Below, piece by piece: positions 27,410 through 40,748 of a DNA stretch of 64,000 nt. How positions within the stretch are numbered: position 1 is the first letter of the stretch; the number at the start of each line of letters is the position of its first letter. The notes under the pieces were generated by a model, which was not told where the DNA came from, ran no database searches, and worked only from the letters and a program-made list of their open reading frames with translations. The stretch spans positions 6,882,001 to 6,946,000 of the forward strand of contig NC_047030.1 of assembly GCF_902652985.1 (NCBI RefSeq). The letters run 5' to 3'. This DNA is from Pecten maximus (lineage: Eukaryota). The position numbers and the translations under genes are program-made.

Positions 27410-28205
27410 TAAGGATTGAATAATGTTATGTTGCGAAGCAGTTCATAATAAATTTGTCTCAAGACCTATTGAGGTTTATACCCCCATACACCTCAACATA
27501 ACTTTATTCAATCCTTATATTTATATATTTTTGATATTTTGTACAATATTTTGTCTTTGACAAATAGGGACTTGTGCAAGTCTACCACAGAACTTACCGA
27601 AATGTACGTCATCACTCTTCGTCTACATATGGTTAATACTTTCAGGATTTCTTTCGTGAACAAACTTAATAGCGAATTAAAACAAATATTAGTTTTAAAG
27701 GAATTTATTTCATATAAATATGATCACTTTTGAAAAGGAATTAAACAAAATATAGTCCAAGCTCGACAAATGTATTCCTACGCCGGACTTGATATAGTTC
27801 ATTTAAGCATTGAATGGCTTTCAGTTGGCATTCATAGTCAATATGAATGCCAACTGGACAGAGGCAAATTCCATGAAGCGCGCTAGCGCTTCATGTTGAA
27901 TTTGCCTCTGTCCAGTTGGTATTCATATTGACTATGAATGCCAACTGAAAGCCGTTCAATTCTTATATTTACCATCTGCGAGTTTTTATTTGTCATGCGA
28001 TTTTTGTTTTGAAATTTTCTAATTCAAATTTCCCGCGCTTACCAGTAGCAGAGATCACTTCCTGTTGGCAGTTCATAGGCTGGTGAACTCGCAACTGAAT
28101 TGGTAGGGTTATATAGTGGCAGTGCCATACAATGGTAAATATTGAAAAATGACTCGAGTTAACTGTGGTAGGTTCATTGAGTCTGAATTGAGTGGAAATA
28201 TAAAT
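27410..28205 (+). mobile_element. Hairpin-ended element, subfamily A (A2), interrupted by element B2
   Basis: Near-identical to A1; runs taaggattgaa...aaatataaat; flanked by ATT (27407-09) and ATT (28206-08). Confidence 0.8.
27804..28140 (+). mobile_element. Hairpin-ended element, subfamily B (B2, 337 bp), nested in A2
   Basis: ~162-bp hairpin 27804-27965, then atttaccat; far end atggtaaat. Flanked by ATT/ATT. The empty site gatatagttcattgaaaaat is present in A1 at 15010-15029. Confidence 0.82.
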
Positions 28206-28320
28206 ATTAGAAAATAAATCATGACAGCTTCATCAAAATGATCACATATGATCACGTACCAAATATAAAGGTGGAGCTACATGTACATGTAAGCTCAAAC
28301 GTCTGGGGTGGTATATGTAA

Positions 28321-29170
28321 TGGTGTAAAGTATGTAACTTTGGGAGTTTGGTAACAGTGTAAAGTATGTAACTTTGGGAGTTTGGTAATAGTGTAAAGTA
28401 TGTAACTTTGGGAGTTTGGTAATAGTGTAAAGTATGTAACTTTGGGAGTTTGGTAACAGTGTAAAGTATGTAACTTTGGGAGTTTGGTAACAGTGTAAAG
28501 TATGTAACTTTGGGAGTTTGGTAATAGTGTAAAGTATGTAACTTTGGGAGTGTGGTAATAGTGTAAAGTATGTAACTTTGGGAGTTTGGTAACAGTGTAA
28601 AGTATGTAACTTTGGGAGTGTGGTAATAGTGTAAAGTATGTAACTTTGGGAGTGTAGTAATAGTGTAAAGTATGTAACTTTGGGAGTTTGGTTTTAGTGT
28701 AAAGAATGTAACTTTGGGAGTGCGGTAACAGTGTAAAGTATGTAACTTTGGGAGTTTGGTAGCAGTGTAAAGTATGTAACTTTGGGAGTGTGGTAATAGT
28801 GTAAAGTATGTAACTTTGGGAGTGTGGTAATAGTGTAAAGTATGTAACTTTGGGAGTGTGGTAATAGTGTAAAGTATGTAACTTTGGGAGTTTGGTAACA
28901 GTGTAAAGTATGTAACTTTGGGAGTTTGGTAACAGTGTAAAGTATATAACTTTTGGAGTGTAGTAATAGTGTTAGGTATGTAACTTTGGGAGTTTGGTAA
29001 TAGTGTAAAGTATATAACTTTTTGAGGTTGGTAGCAGTGTAAAGTATGTAACTTTGGGAGCTTGGTAATAGTGTAAAGTATGTAACTTTGGGAGTGTAGT
29101 AATAGTGTAAAGTATGTAACTTTGGGAGTTTGGTAATAGTGTAAAGTATGTAACGTAACTTTGGGAGTAT
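28321..29170. repeat. Minisatellite, 34-bp unit (gtgtaaagtatgtaactttgggagtttggtaata), ~25 copies
   Basis: Direct tandem repeat. Confidence 0.93.
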
Positions 29171-29174
29171 GTAA

Positions 29175-29918
29175 AGTTACGGAGAATACCGTATGTATTC
29201 ACAGATAAACCCCGTCAGTAAAGTTAGAGAGGATACCGTATGTATTCACAGATAAACCCCGTCAGTAAGTTAGAGAGGATACCGTATGTATTCACAGATA
29301 AACCCCGTCAGTAAGTTAGGGAGGATACCGTATGTATTCACAGATAAACCCCGTCAGTAAGTTAGGGAGGATACCGTAGGTATTCACAGATAAACCCCGT
29401 CAGTAAGTTAGAGAGGATACCGTATGCATTCACAGATAAACCCCGTCAGTAAGTTAGTGAGGATACCGTATGTATTCACAGGTAAACTCCGTCAGTAACG
29501 TTATTGAGGATACCGTATGTATTCACAGATAAACCCCGTCAGTAAGTTAGTGGGGATACCGTATGTATACACAGATAAACTCCGTCAGTAAGTTAGTGAG
29601 GATACCTATGTATTCACAGATAATCCCCGTCAGTAAGTTAGTGAGGATACCGTATGTATTCACAGATAAACCCCGTCAGTAAAGTTAGTGAGGTACCGTA
29701 TGTATTCACAGGTAAACCCCGTCAGTAAATTTAGTGAGGATACCGTATGTATTCACAGGTAAACCCCGTCAGTAAATTTAAGTTGCATACCGTATGCATT
29801 CACAAATAAACTCCGCCAATAAAGTTTAGTAGGATACCGTTTGTATTCACAGATAAACCCCGCCAGTTTAGTTTAGTAGAATACCGTATGTATCCATTAA
29901 TAAACCCTGTCAGTAAAG
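29175..29918. repeat. Minisatellite, 46-47-bp unit (gataccgtatgtattcacagataaaccccgtcagtaagttagtgag), ~16 copies
   Basis: Tandem repeat directly abutting the 34-bp array and decaying toward its 3' end. Confidence 0.93.
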
Positions 29919-31269
29919 TAAGATTTATTTTCATCAATTTCTTTGAAAATGACTGTTCAATGACGAACTACTAGTATATTGTATGTAGACGTGCACAAGT
30001 TCTAGCATCTAGTCATCAAATGGTAGACTTTTCAAAGTACTTTTTCGTTAAAAAAAAGGTGTAGAAATGAAACATGAGATCTTATTTTGTCGCTCTTTAC
30101 TATTTCAAAAATTGTCTTTAACATAGAGCCATTAGCAGTTTCAATTAAGCATGGATGTCAATGTTTTGTTTAAAAAAAAATTGTTTGCAAATTGCAGAAT
30201 CCCAGCAAATTCTTATATAAGTCTGCAAACACTTTTTCATACCCCTACGAACCTAAAAAAATATTGGCATCAATGCTTATAATCAATTTATGAAAATATT
30301 TCAAATTTAAAACACATTTTATGTACAATTTTACTTATGTATTAAGGGATTATTTTGAACAAATCAATACGCAACGTCAATGATCGTATTGTGACGTCAA
30401 GTTTTTCGCGCCATTTACTTTATTTAAACGATGTATAAAAAGAAAACCACAACCACGCAGAAAACTGCTTTCTGTATACAAGCAATGGAAAAATAATTCT
30501 TGGTATAACACAGAAATATTGTATCTTTCATTTCATGTCTCTGTAAAGATTGAAGTTTGGAATACTTATTGTAAATAACTGTAAAATATCTGATATCATT
30601 TGATCACGAAATATCACAATTATTATTACCCGAGTAAAACAATGTTATGGGGTTTCTAAAAAGCTGTTTATACAATATACCTTTAAGGAAATATTCCTAA
30701 AACTGTAATTTTTGTTTTTGTTTCATTAATTTTGATGAATAGTCTGACTCAAAACGAGGTTCTGTATCTGATAACATGCTCTGGGGTGTGACTATACCGT
30801 ATACGCCAAGCGACATTGGCTATTAAAGCTTGACGTTTTAGAGAAATTGTTCACCGATAGACAAGTTAATGACAGTTCAGGAGAAAGGAGCCCCAGTGTT
30901 GTATCTATCGCCTCTGGATAACGAAGGGTCCTACCATTTGAACAGAGTTTTCTACGCTATAACGACGATTCTACAAAGCTCTTAAGCCGTTAATTGTATC
31001 GCCGTGAACCAGGTTGAAACAGAAAACTCCAATAACGCTACCGGGTTCTGTAAACTTGTTGAAACATGAAAATGGAATTTATTGATTGAAATGTTCTGAG
31101 AAATTCAGAAGTTATTATGACTTGTTCCATTCACAATCTGATTTTCGAAAATGGTAAGTGACTTTTGATTTTCGTCCATCTCTTTCATTTCGTGATAAAA
31201 TGTTGATCTTTATGAGGCATCTCTTTAGCTTCGATTCGATGTTGTAAGTGCATATAAAATAAATCACTA

Positions 31270-32625
31270 GTTCGTTATAGTGACATCGCCAATTCGTTTA
31301 GGCGACATCGCCAATTCCTAATAGTGACATCGTCAATTCGTAATAGTGACATCGTCAATTCGTTATAGTGACATCGCCAATTCGTTATAGTGACATCGCG
31401 AATTCGTTACAGTGACATCGTCAATTCGTTTAGGCGACATCGCAAATTCGTTATAGTGACATCGTCAATTCGTAATAGTGACATCAATTCGTTGTAGTGA
31501 CATCGCCAATTCGTTTAGGCGACATCGCCAATTCGTTATAGTGACATCGTCAATTCGTTACAGTGATTATGTCAATTCGTTATAGTGACATCGCCAATTC
31601 GTTTAGGCGACATCGCCAATTCGTTATAGTGACATCGTCAATTCGTTTACAGTGATTATGTCAATTCGTTATAGTGACATCGCCAGTTCTTTATAGTGAC
31701 ATCGTCAATTCGTAATAGTGACAACATCAATTCGTAATAGTGACATCGTCAATTCGTTATAGTGACATCGTCAATTCGTTACAGTGACATCGTCAATTCG
31801 TTATAACGACATACCCAAATAATGATAGTGAAATCCTTATATATCAGCTATCAGTTATAGTGACATCGTGAACTCGTTATAGTGATATCATCAATTCATA
31901 GTACTGGGATCAACTTGATATAGTGACATTTCAAATCTGTAATAGTGACATCACCAATTCCTTTAAGCAACTTTACCAACTCGTTTTAGTGACATTACCA
32001 ATTCGTTATAATGACATACCCAAATAATTATAGTGACATCCTTATACAATGTATATCAGCTATCAGTTAAAGTGACATCACCAATTCATAGTACTGGGAT
32101 CCACTCGATACAGTAACATTTCAAATCCGTAATAGTGACATCACCAATTCCTTATAGTGACATCACCAACTCGTTATAGTGACGTCATTTGGTTTGATAA
32201 TTTTGTTTAGCGTCCTATTAACAGCCAGGGTCATTTTCGCACGTGCAAGGTTTTGGAGGTGGAGGAAAGCTGGAGTACCCGGAGAAAAACCACTGGCCTA
32301 CGGTCAGTACCTGGCAATTGCCCCACGTAGGTTTCGAACTCGCAACACAGAGGTGGAGGGCTAGTGATAAAGTGTCGGGACACCTTAACAACTCGGCCAC
32401 CGCGGCCCCTGAAGTGACATCATCAATTCGTTATAATAACATCACCAATGCCTCAAAGTAACATTCACAATTTGTTTAAGTGACATCACCAACTCGTTAT
32501 AGTGAAATCATCAATTTGTTATAGCGACATCTTAAATTCATTACAGTGACATTATCAATTCTTTATAATGACATCATAAATACCTTACAGTGACATTATT
32601 AATTCACTTAAGTGACATCACCTAA
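31270..32625. repeat. Degenerate minisatellite, 22-bp unit (tcgttatagtgacatcgccaat), interrupted by a SINE
   Basis: Homogeneous over 31270-31810 and degenerate afterwards; resumes after the SINE at ~32413. Confidence 0.88.
32187..32409 (-). mobile_element. Full-length tRNA-derived SINE with V-domain-like core
   Basis: Minus strand reads GGGGCCGCGGTGGCCGAGTTGTTAAGG (A box), GAGTTCGAAACC (B box), core GGTTTTTCTCCGGGTACTCCAGCTTTCCTCCAC, and tail GGCTGTTAATAGGACGCTAAACAAAA...AAACCAAAT. Confidence 0.85.
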
Positions 32626-33288
32626 TTGAGTGGATTACGATGCAACATGGCGGTATTTCCCCACCACAAGACGTGGTGCCGAACTTACACTCGACTGAGT
32701 ATTTGTTAATTCGTCCACTACGTTATTTGGGCTTCTGTCAATCAAAGCATTCACTATTAGGGATTCTGTCAATCAAGAGTATTCTCCATTATCTTGCAGG
32801 TCAATGCTGTGCGTCTCCCGTAAACAATGTGGACAACTCCCCTACTGGGGTTTCCGTGTGAGGGCACCAGGTTTTCGTTTTGCAGCGGCTAGGAAAACTT
32901 CGCTCTGAATAAATTTTGTCCCGACAGGGGGAAATGTTTGTCATCATCATCTAGTATTGTGATCATGTAATGGTCAAAGGAAGACACAATGAGTGCCGGA
33001 AAATGATCTATCTACAGCTGTATTTCCGTCTTGTTGTATCCGGGAGATAACCGGTATCCGTCTCGTGTTTTAGTGTGAAATAAATGTTTTCGTTATTAAA
33101 TGCAGAAATCCCCCAGGGAAAAATCGAGACCATCAAACGTGTGATAGTTTTCCTACCATCCGAAGTATTCTACTTGTCTAAATAACCTCCACCCCTCCAA
33201 ACACACCAGCCCTGTAAACGTAAATGATTTTATATACATAGTCACATACTGCACACAACAGACGCTAGCATTATTAAACTGGTGTACA

Positions 33289-33617
33289 GACCTAGCTAGG
33301 AGAATGAGATGAGGACACCTAGCTAGGAGAATGAGATGAGGACACCTAGCTAGGAGAATGAGATGAGGACACCTAGCTAGGAGAATGAGATGAGGACACC
33401 TAGCTAGGAGAATGAGATGAGGACACCTAGCTAGGAGAATGAGATGAGGACACCTAGCTAGGAGAATGAGATGAGGACACCTAGCTAGGAGAATGAGATG
33501 AGGACACCTAGCTAGGAGAATGAGATGAGGACACCTAGCTAGGAGAATGAGATGAGGACACCTAGCTAGGAGAATGAGATGAGGACACCTAGCTAGGAGA
33601 ATGAGATGAGGACCTAC
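33289..33617. repeat. Perfect minisatellite, 27-bp unit (acctagctaggagaatgagatgaggac), 12 copies
   Basis: Twelve identical tandem units. Confidence 0.95.
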
Positions 33618-33969
33618 CTGTGTCAGGAGATTAGAGCTATTGAGAACTTACATCTGTTCTAACGACAATGACATATCTAAATTTTAAACATGTTATTCCA
33701 TATCCGGCTAAAACGTGATTCAATTCAATTTCAATTTTTTTTATTTAACTTTAGGCCTTACAGTACATCAGTATATGGTTATTTAATGTAAATAGTTGTA
33801 AATCAGAAACAGAAGAGCAGTGCTGATTGAAGTATGACTTTAAGCAGTACCTGTACGATTGTTTAGTCATCTGTGATTACAGGTACTTGAGAACAGGATG
33901 TCACGATCAATCGTAATATAAAGCGTCTGAATGACGTCTATAAAGCGTCTAAATGACGCCCATCTATTG

Positions 33970-34170
33970 GATCCCCTCCCACTTATACATAGAAAGGTCT
34001 GTGCTGTCGCGATTGTGTCCTTGGGCAAGGCACCTTTCCCTAATTGCTTTGGATGGCATGCAACGGGCCTCATCTATGTTGTTCAGTGAGTTAGTCATCA
34101 ACTACTACGAGGAAGCCCCGCCTCAAAATGACCCTTGGTATTCAAGGGGCGATAAACCCAGCAAATAAAC
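33970..34170 (+). mobile_element. CORE-SINE-like fragment (5'-degenerate)
   Basis: GTGTCCTTGGGCAAGGCACCTTTCCCTAATTGC resembles the CORE domain; ends in a SINE-like tail ggggcgataaacccagcaaataaac. Confidence 0.55.
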
Positions 34171-34265
34171 ATTCGTATGCAGGCTTTTGGGTCGCTGGAC
34201 AGTGGCGTCTAAAATTGCACCACAGAAGGTTTTAGGAAGAGTTTGCCTTGTCAGTGATTGTGTTC

Positions 34266-37200
34266 CGAACCTACGGTCCCCAACCAATGGTCTCCAACCC
34301 ACAGTCCCCCGCCCACGGTCCAAAACCTACAGTCCCCAACCAACAGTTCCCCAACAATGGTACCCAACCTACGATTCCCAACCCACGGTCCCCAACCCAT
34401 GGTCCCCAACCTATTGCCCCCAATCAACGGTCCCGAACCCACGGTCCCCAACCCACTGTCCCCAACCCACGGTTCCCAATCCACGGTTCCCAACCCACTG
34501 TCCCCAACCCACGGTTCCCAATCCACGGTTCCCAACCCACGGTCCCCAACCCATGGTCCCCAACATATTGCCCCTAATCAACGGTCCCCAACCCAGGTTC
34601 CCCAACCCATTCTTTCCAACAAACAGTCCCCAACCCACGGTCCCCAACCCACGGTCCCCAACCTACGGTCCCCAACCCACAGTCCTCAACCCATAGTCCC
34701 CAACCCATGGTCCCCAACCTATGGTCCGCAACCCGCGGTCCCCTACCCACTGTCCCCGACCCACGGTCTCCAACCCACAATCCTCAACACACGATCCCCA
34801 ACCCACGGTCACAAACCCATGGTCCAACCCAATGGCCCCAACCCACGGTCCAACCCATGGGCCCCAACCTACGGTCCCAAACCCACTGGCAAACTAACGG
34901 GCCCCAACCCACAGTCCCCAACCAACGGTTCCAAACCGACGGTCCCAGAACCACAGTCCCCGACCCACAGTCCCAAACCCATAGCCCCAAACCCACGGTC
35001 CCCAACCCATGGTCCCCATCCCATGGTCCCCAGCCCACGGTCCCCAACCCACAGTCCTCAACCCATGGTCCCCAACCCACGGTCCCAAACCTACGGTCCC
35101 AAACCCAAAGTCCTCAACCCATAGTCCCCAACCCATGGTCCCCAACCTATGTCCTCAGCCTATGGTCCGCAACCCACGGTCCCCAACCCACGGTCCAAAA
35201 CCTACAGTCTCCAACCTACGGTCCCAAACCTACAGTCCCCAACCCAGGGTCCCCGACCCACGATCTCCAACCCACGGTCCCCAACCCACGGTCCCCAACC
35301 CACGGTCCACGACCCACGATCTCCAACCCACGGTCACCATCCCACGGTCACCAACCCACGGTCCAAAACTCACGGTCCAAAACCTACGGTCCAACCCACG
35401 GTCTCTCACCGATGGTCCCCAACCCATAGTCCCGAACCCATGTTCCCCATCCCATGGTCTCCAACCCACGGCCCCAAACCTACGGTCCCCAACCTATGGT
35501 CCGCAACCCACAGTCCCCTACCCACTGTCCCCGACCCACGGTCTCCAACCCACAATCCTAAACACACGGTCCCCAACCCACAGTCACAAACCCATGGTCC
35601 TACACCCATGGTCCAACCCATGGGCCCCAACCAACGGTCACCAACCCATGGTCCCAAACCTACGGTTCAACCCACGGTCTCTCAACCATGGTCCCCAACC
35701 CATAGTCCCGAACTCATGTTCCCCATCCCATGGTCCCCAACCCACGGTCCCCAACCTACGGTCCCCAACCCACAGTCCTCAACCCATAGTCCCCAACCCA
35801 TGGTCCCCAACCTATGGTCCGCAACCCGCGGTCCCCTACCCACTGTCCCCGACCCACGGTCTCCAACCCACAATCCTAAACACACGGTCCCCAACCCACA
35901 GTCACAAACCCATAGTCCTAAACCCATGGTCCAACCCATGGGCCCCAACCCACGGTCCAACCCATGGGCCCCAACCTACGGTCCCAAACCTATGGGCAAA
36001 CTAACGGGCCCCAACCCACAGTCCCCAACCCACGGGCAAACCAACGGTCCCCAACCCACGGTCCCCAACCCACGGACTCCAACCCACGGTCTCCAACCCA
36101 CGGTCTCCAACCCACGGTCCCCAACCCACGGTCCCCAACCCACGGTCCCCAACCCATAGTCCCGAACTCATGTTCCCCATCCCATGGTCCCCAACCCACG
36201 GTCTCCAACCTACGGTCCCCATCCCACGGTCCCCAACCCATGGTCCCCAACCCACGGTCTCCAACCCATGGTCCCCGACCTACGGTCCCAAACCCACGGT
36301 CCCGAGCCTACGGTCCCCTACCCACGGTCCAACCCACGATCCCCAACCCACGGTTCCCAACCCACGGTCCCCAACCCATAGTCCCCAACCCACGGTCTCC
36401 AACCCACAGTCCATAACACATGATCCCCAACCCACGGTCTCCAACCCACGGTCCCCAACCCACGGTCCAACCCATGGTCCCAAACCCACGGTCCCCAACC
36501 CACGGTCCCCAACCCATAGTCCCCAACCCACGGTCCAAAACCTACAGTCTCCAACCTACGGTCCCAAACCTACAGTCCCCAACCCAGGGTCCCCGACCCA
36601 CGATCTCCAACCCACGGTCCCCAACCCACGGTCCCCAACCCACGGTCCACGACCCACGATCTCCAACCCACGGTCACCATCCCACGGTCACCAACCCACG
36701 GTCCAAAACTCACGGTCCAAAACCTACGGTCCAACCCACGGTCTCTCACCGATGGTCCCCAACCCATAGTCCCGAACCCATGTTCCCCATCCCATGGTCT
36801 CCAACCCACGGTCCCAAACCTACGGTCCCCAACCTATGGTCCGCAACCCACAGTCCCCTACCCACTGTCCCCGACCCACGGTCTCCAACCCACAATCCTA
36901 AACACACGGTCCCCAACCCACAGTCACAAACCCATGGTCCTACACCCATGGTCCAACCCATGGGCCCCAACCAACGGTCACCAACCCATGGTCCCAAACC
37001 TACGGTTCAACCCACGGTCTCTCAACCATGGTCCCCAACCCATAGTCCCGAACTCATGTTCCCCATCCCATGGTCCCCAACCCACGGTCCCCAACCTACG
37101 GTCCCCAACCCACAGTCCTCAACCCATAGTCCCCAACCCATGGTCCCCAACCTATGGTCCGCAACCCGCGGTCCCCTACCCACTGTCCCCGACACACGGT

Positions 37201-39168
37201 CTCCAACCCACAATCCTAAACACACGGTCCCCAACCTACAGTCACAAACCCATAGTCCTAAACCCATGGTCCAACCCATGGGCCCCAACCCACGGTCCAA
37301 CCCATGGGCCCCAACCTACGGTCCCAAACCTATGGGCAAACTAACGGGCCCCAACCCACAGTCCCCAACCCACGGGCAAACCAACGGTCCCCAACCCACG
37401 GTCCCCAACCCACGGACTCCAACCCACGGTCTCCAACCCACGGTCCTCCAACCCACGGTCCCCAACCCATAGTCCCGAACTCATGTTCCCCATCCCATGG
37501 TCCCCAACCCACGGTCCCCAACCTACGGTCCCCATCCCACGGTCCCCAACCCATGGTCCCCAACCCACGGTCTCCAACCCATGGTCCCCGACCTACGGTC
37601 CCAAACCCACGGTCCCGAGCCTACGGTCCCCTACCCACGGTCCAACCCACGATCCCCAACCCACGGTTCCCAACCCACGGTCCCCAACCCATAGTCCCCA
37701 ACCCACGGTCTCCAACCCACAGTCCATAACACATGATCCCCAACCCACGGTCTCCAACCCACGGTCCCCAACCCACGGTCCAACCCATGGTCCCAAACCC
37801 ACGGTCCCCAACCCACGGTCCCCAACCCATAGTCCCCAACCCACGGTCTCCAACCCACAGTCCATAACACATGGTCCCCAACCCACGGTCTCCAACCCAT
37901 GGTCCCCAACCCACAGTCTCCAACCCATGGTCCCCGACCTACGGTCCCAAACCCACGGTCCCGAGCCTACGGTCCCCTACCCACGGTCCAACCCACGATC
38001 CCCAACCCACGGTTCCCAACCCACGGTCCCCAACCCATAGTCCCCAACCCACGGTCTCCAACCCACAGTCCATAACACATGATCCCCAACCCACGGTCTC
38101 CAACCCACGGTCCCCAACCCACGGTCCAACCCACGGTCCCCAACCCATAGTCCCCAACCCACGGTCTCCAGCCCACAGTCCATAACACATGGTCCCCAAC
38201 CCACGGTCTCCAACCCACGGTCTCCAACCCACGATCCCCAACCCACGGTTCCCAACCCACGGTCCCCAACCCATAGTCCCCAACCCACGGTCTCCAACCC
38301 ACAGTCCATAACACATGATCCCCAACCCACGGTCTCCAACCCACGGTCCCCAACCCACGGTCCAACCCACGGTCCCCAACCCATAGTCCCCAACCCACGG
38401 TCTCCAACCCACAGTCCATAACACATGGTCCACAACCCACGGTCCCCAACCCATGGTCCCCAACCCATGGTCCCCAACCCATGGTCCCAAACCCACGGTC
38501 CCCAACCCACGGTCCCCAACCCATAGTCCCCAACCCACGGTCTCCAACCCACAGTCCATAACACATGGTCCCCAACCCACGGTCTCCAACCCACGGTCTC
38601 CAACCCACGGTCCCCAACCCACGGTCTCCAACCCACGGTCCCCAAACCCATAGTCCCAAACCCACGGTCTCCAACCCACAGTCCATAACACATGGTCCCC
38701 AACCCACGGTCTCCAACCCACGGTCCCCAACCCACGGTCCCCAACCCACGGTCTCCAAACACACGGTCTCCAACCCACGGTCTCCAACCCACAGTCCATA
38801 ACACAGGGTCCCCAACCCACGGTCTCCAACCCATGGTCCCTAACCCACGGTCCAACCCATGGTCCCCAACCCACGGTCTCCAACCCACGGTCTCCAACCC
38901 ACAGTCCATAACACATGGTCCCCAACCCACGGTCTCAAACCCATGGTCCCTAACCCACGGTCCAACCCATGGTCCCCAACCCACGGTCTCCAACCCACGG
39001 TCCAACCCATGGTCCCCAACCCACGGTCTCCAACCCACGGTCTCCAACCCACAGTCCATAACACACGGTCCCCAACCCACGGTCTCCAACCCACAGTCCA
39101 TAACACACGGTCCCCAACCCACGGTCTCCAACCCATAGTTCCCAACCCGTGGTCCCCAACCCATGGTT
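34266..39168. repeat. C-rich minisatellite, ~14-bp unit (cccaacccacggtc), with 1340-bp higher-order duplication
   Basis: Extreme strand skew; source of all Pro-rich and Gly/Trp-rich ORFs. Blocks recur at +1340 (35230 to 36570, 35682 to 37022). Confidence 0.95.
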
Positions 39169-39597
39169 CATGAATAATAGACATGTTATCATGCCAAGAT
39201 CCTGTGGCTATTAACATGCATAAATAGTATCATTACTTTTGCAAAAACAAATAATTTCTCATCGTGTGAAGATGAATACATTTGTATATTATGCAAATTC
39301 TCTCTTGATACTATAAACATTTCTGAAGAGTGGTTGGAAACAGCACCGATAGACTCCGCTGAGAAGTCAAAACGAATGTTAAAAAGCCAATTTTTAGCCA
39401 TGGAGCGGTGAAAATATGTGACAAGAAAGACAACTCTTCAGTAAAGTACCGATTTTCATTAACGGTCTGTTTACAGTATCGTAACAGTTTTTATTGTACA
39501 GTGTATCGCTATGTGTGTACAGCATGCAGGACAATGTTAATTTGATATTCATATTAATATTATTTGGTGTACATCATGTAAGGATTGTTAAAAAATG

Positions 39598-39885
39598 TAT
39601 TGTTAATTTGAGCGGAGTGAATATTATTTTGTTAATTTGAGCGGGTAAATATTATTTTGTTAATTTGAGCGGAGTGAATTTTATTTTCTGTAAATCATGC
39701 CGTCACTCTGAAATAATGTATTGTTAATTTGAGCGGGGTGAATATTTTTTGTTGTTGTAAATAATGCCGTCACTCTGAAATAATGTGTTTTAATTTGAGC
39801 GGGGTGAATATTATTTTCTGTAAATCATGCCGTCACTCTGAAACAATGTATTGTTTATTTGAGCGGGGTGAATATTATTTTCTGT
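39598..39885. repeat. Imperfect tandem repeats of ttgttaatttgagcgg(a/g)gtgaatattattt (~30/60-bp period)
   Basis: About six copies of the aatttgagcgg core, some extended by tgccgtcactctgaaa. Confidence 0.75.
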
Positions 39886-40748
39886 ATATCATACTATGAC
39901 TGGGAAATCCTGTTTTTGTCCTGTTGATTGGTACGTTGTATAAATGTTTATAACTTTGAGTGTGGTGTGTCCTACATCTTTTCCGGCCTGACGGGAAGTA
40001 TTGAGAGACACTATCCCACAGGTCCACAGTTTGTGGTCTGGATAAACTTGTATTACAGCCTGAAAATTGGCAAAGTTCAGGTATGTTTATTTTTTTCATT
40101 CAGACAGATCAGTGACATTTATGACAATGACACGTCTTTTTTTGTCACAAAGATACTTTTCTTGAACAGGAATCTTCATTATTTTTATTATCATTATTAT
40201 CCTTTTTTCTTTTCAAATTCGGTTATATGTTTATATCTGGAGCGAGTGTTTATTTCCGTTTGCCACAGCAATGTAAAAATCGCCATCGTCTTCCGATATT
40301 CGTTTTGTGTCCAAAAATTTACGACATAAAAAGTACTTATATGTAGGTCACACCAAGATTGAAAAAAAAAATAAAATTTTTAAAAAAATTTGGAAAACTG
40401 ACAGACTTCATCTAAACTCTCGTTCACTCTTTAGACATGTTAAAACAGTGTAGACATATTTTTTTAACTTACAGAAATTGTCACGTTAGTGGGCAAGCTG
40501 GATTTGAAACTGAATGTAATTGAACAGATTACAAAAATGAAAAAAATGATGGTATTCAAAAGTCATAATCGACTAGTCAAGTTCGATTCCTTGAAAAGAA
40601 GTTCACAAATTCAGTAGTCTATATGCTAATATTAGCGACCAACACCATTAATTCAGAGACGACAAATATGGAACATCAAAATGGTAGAGATGGTTGATAA
40701 CACCAAACCGATAGAGATTCTAGTGATGAAGATAATCAACAGGATCTG

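Noticed and set aside
32340-32409. tRNA gene
   Set aside because: The A and B boxes belong to a SINE head that continues into a SINE core and tail; no complete cloverleaf.
34187-39217. Many Pro/Thr-rich (mucin/extensin-like) and Gly/Trp-rich ORFs
   Set aside because: Open in several frames on both strands because the 14-bp C-rich unit lacks stop codons; the unit length is not a multiple of 3.
40474-40745. Exon-like purine-rich stretch after an acceptor-like ttacag
   Set aside because: Stop codons interrupt it, no donor partner was found, and there is no recognisable homology.
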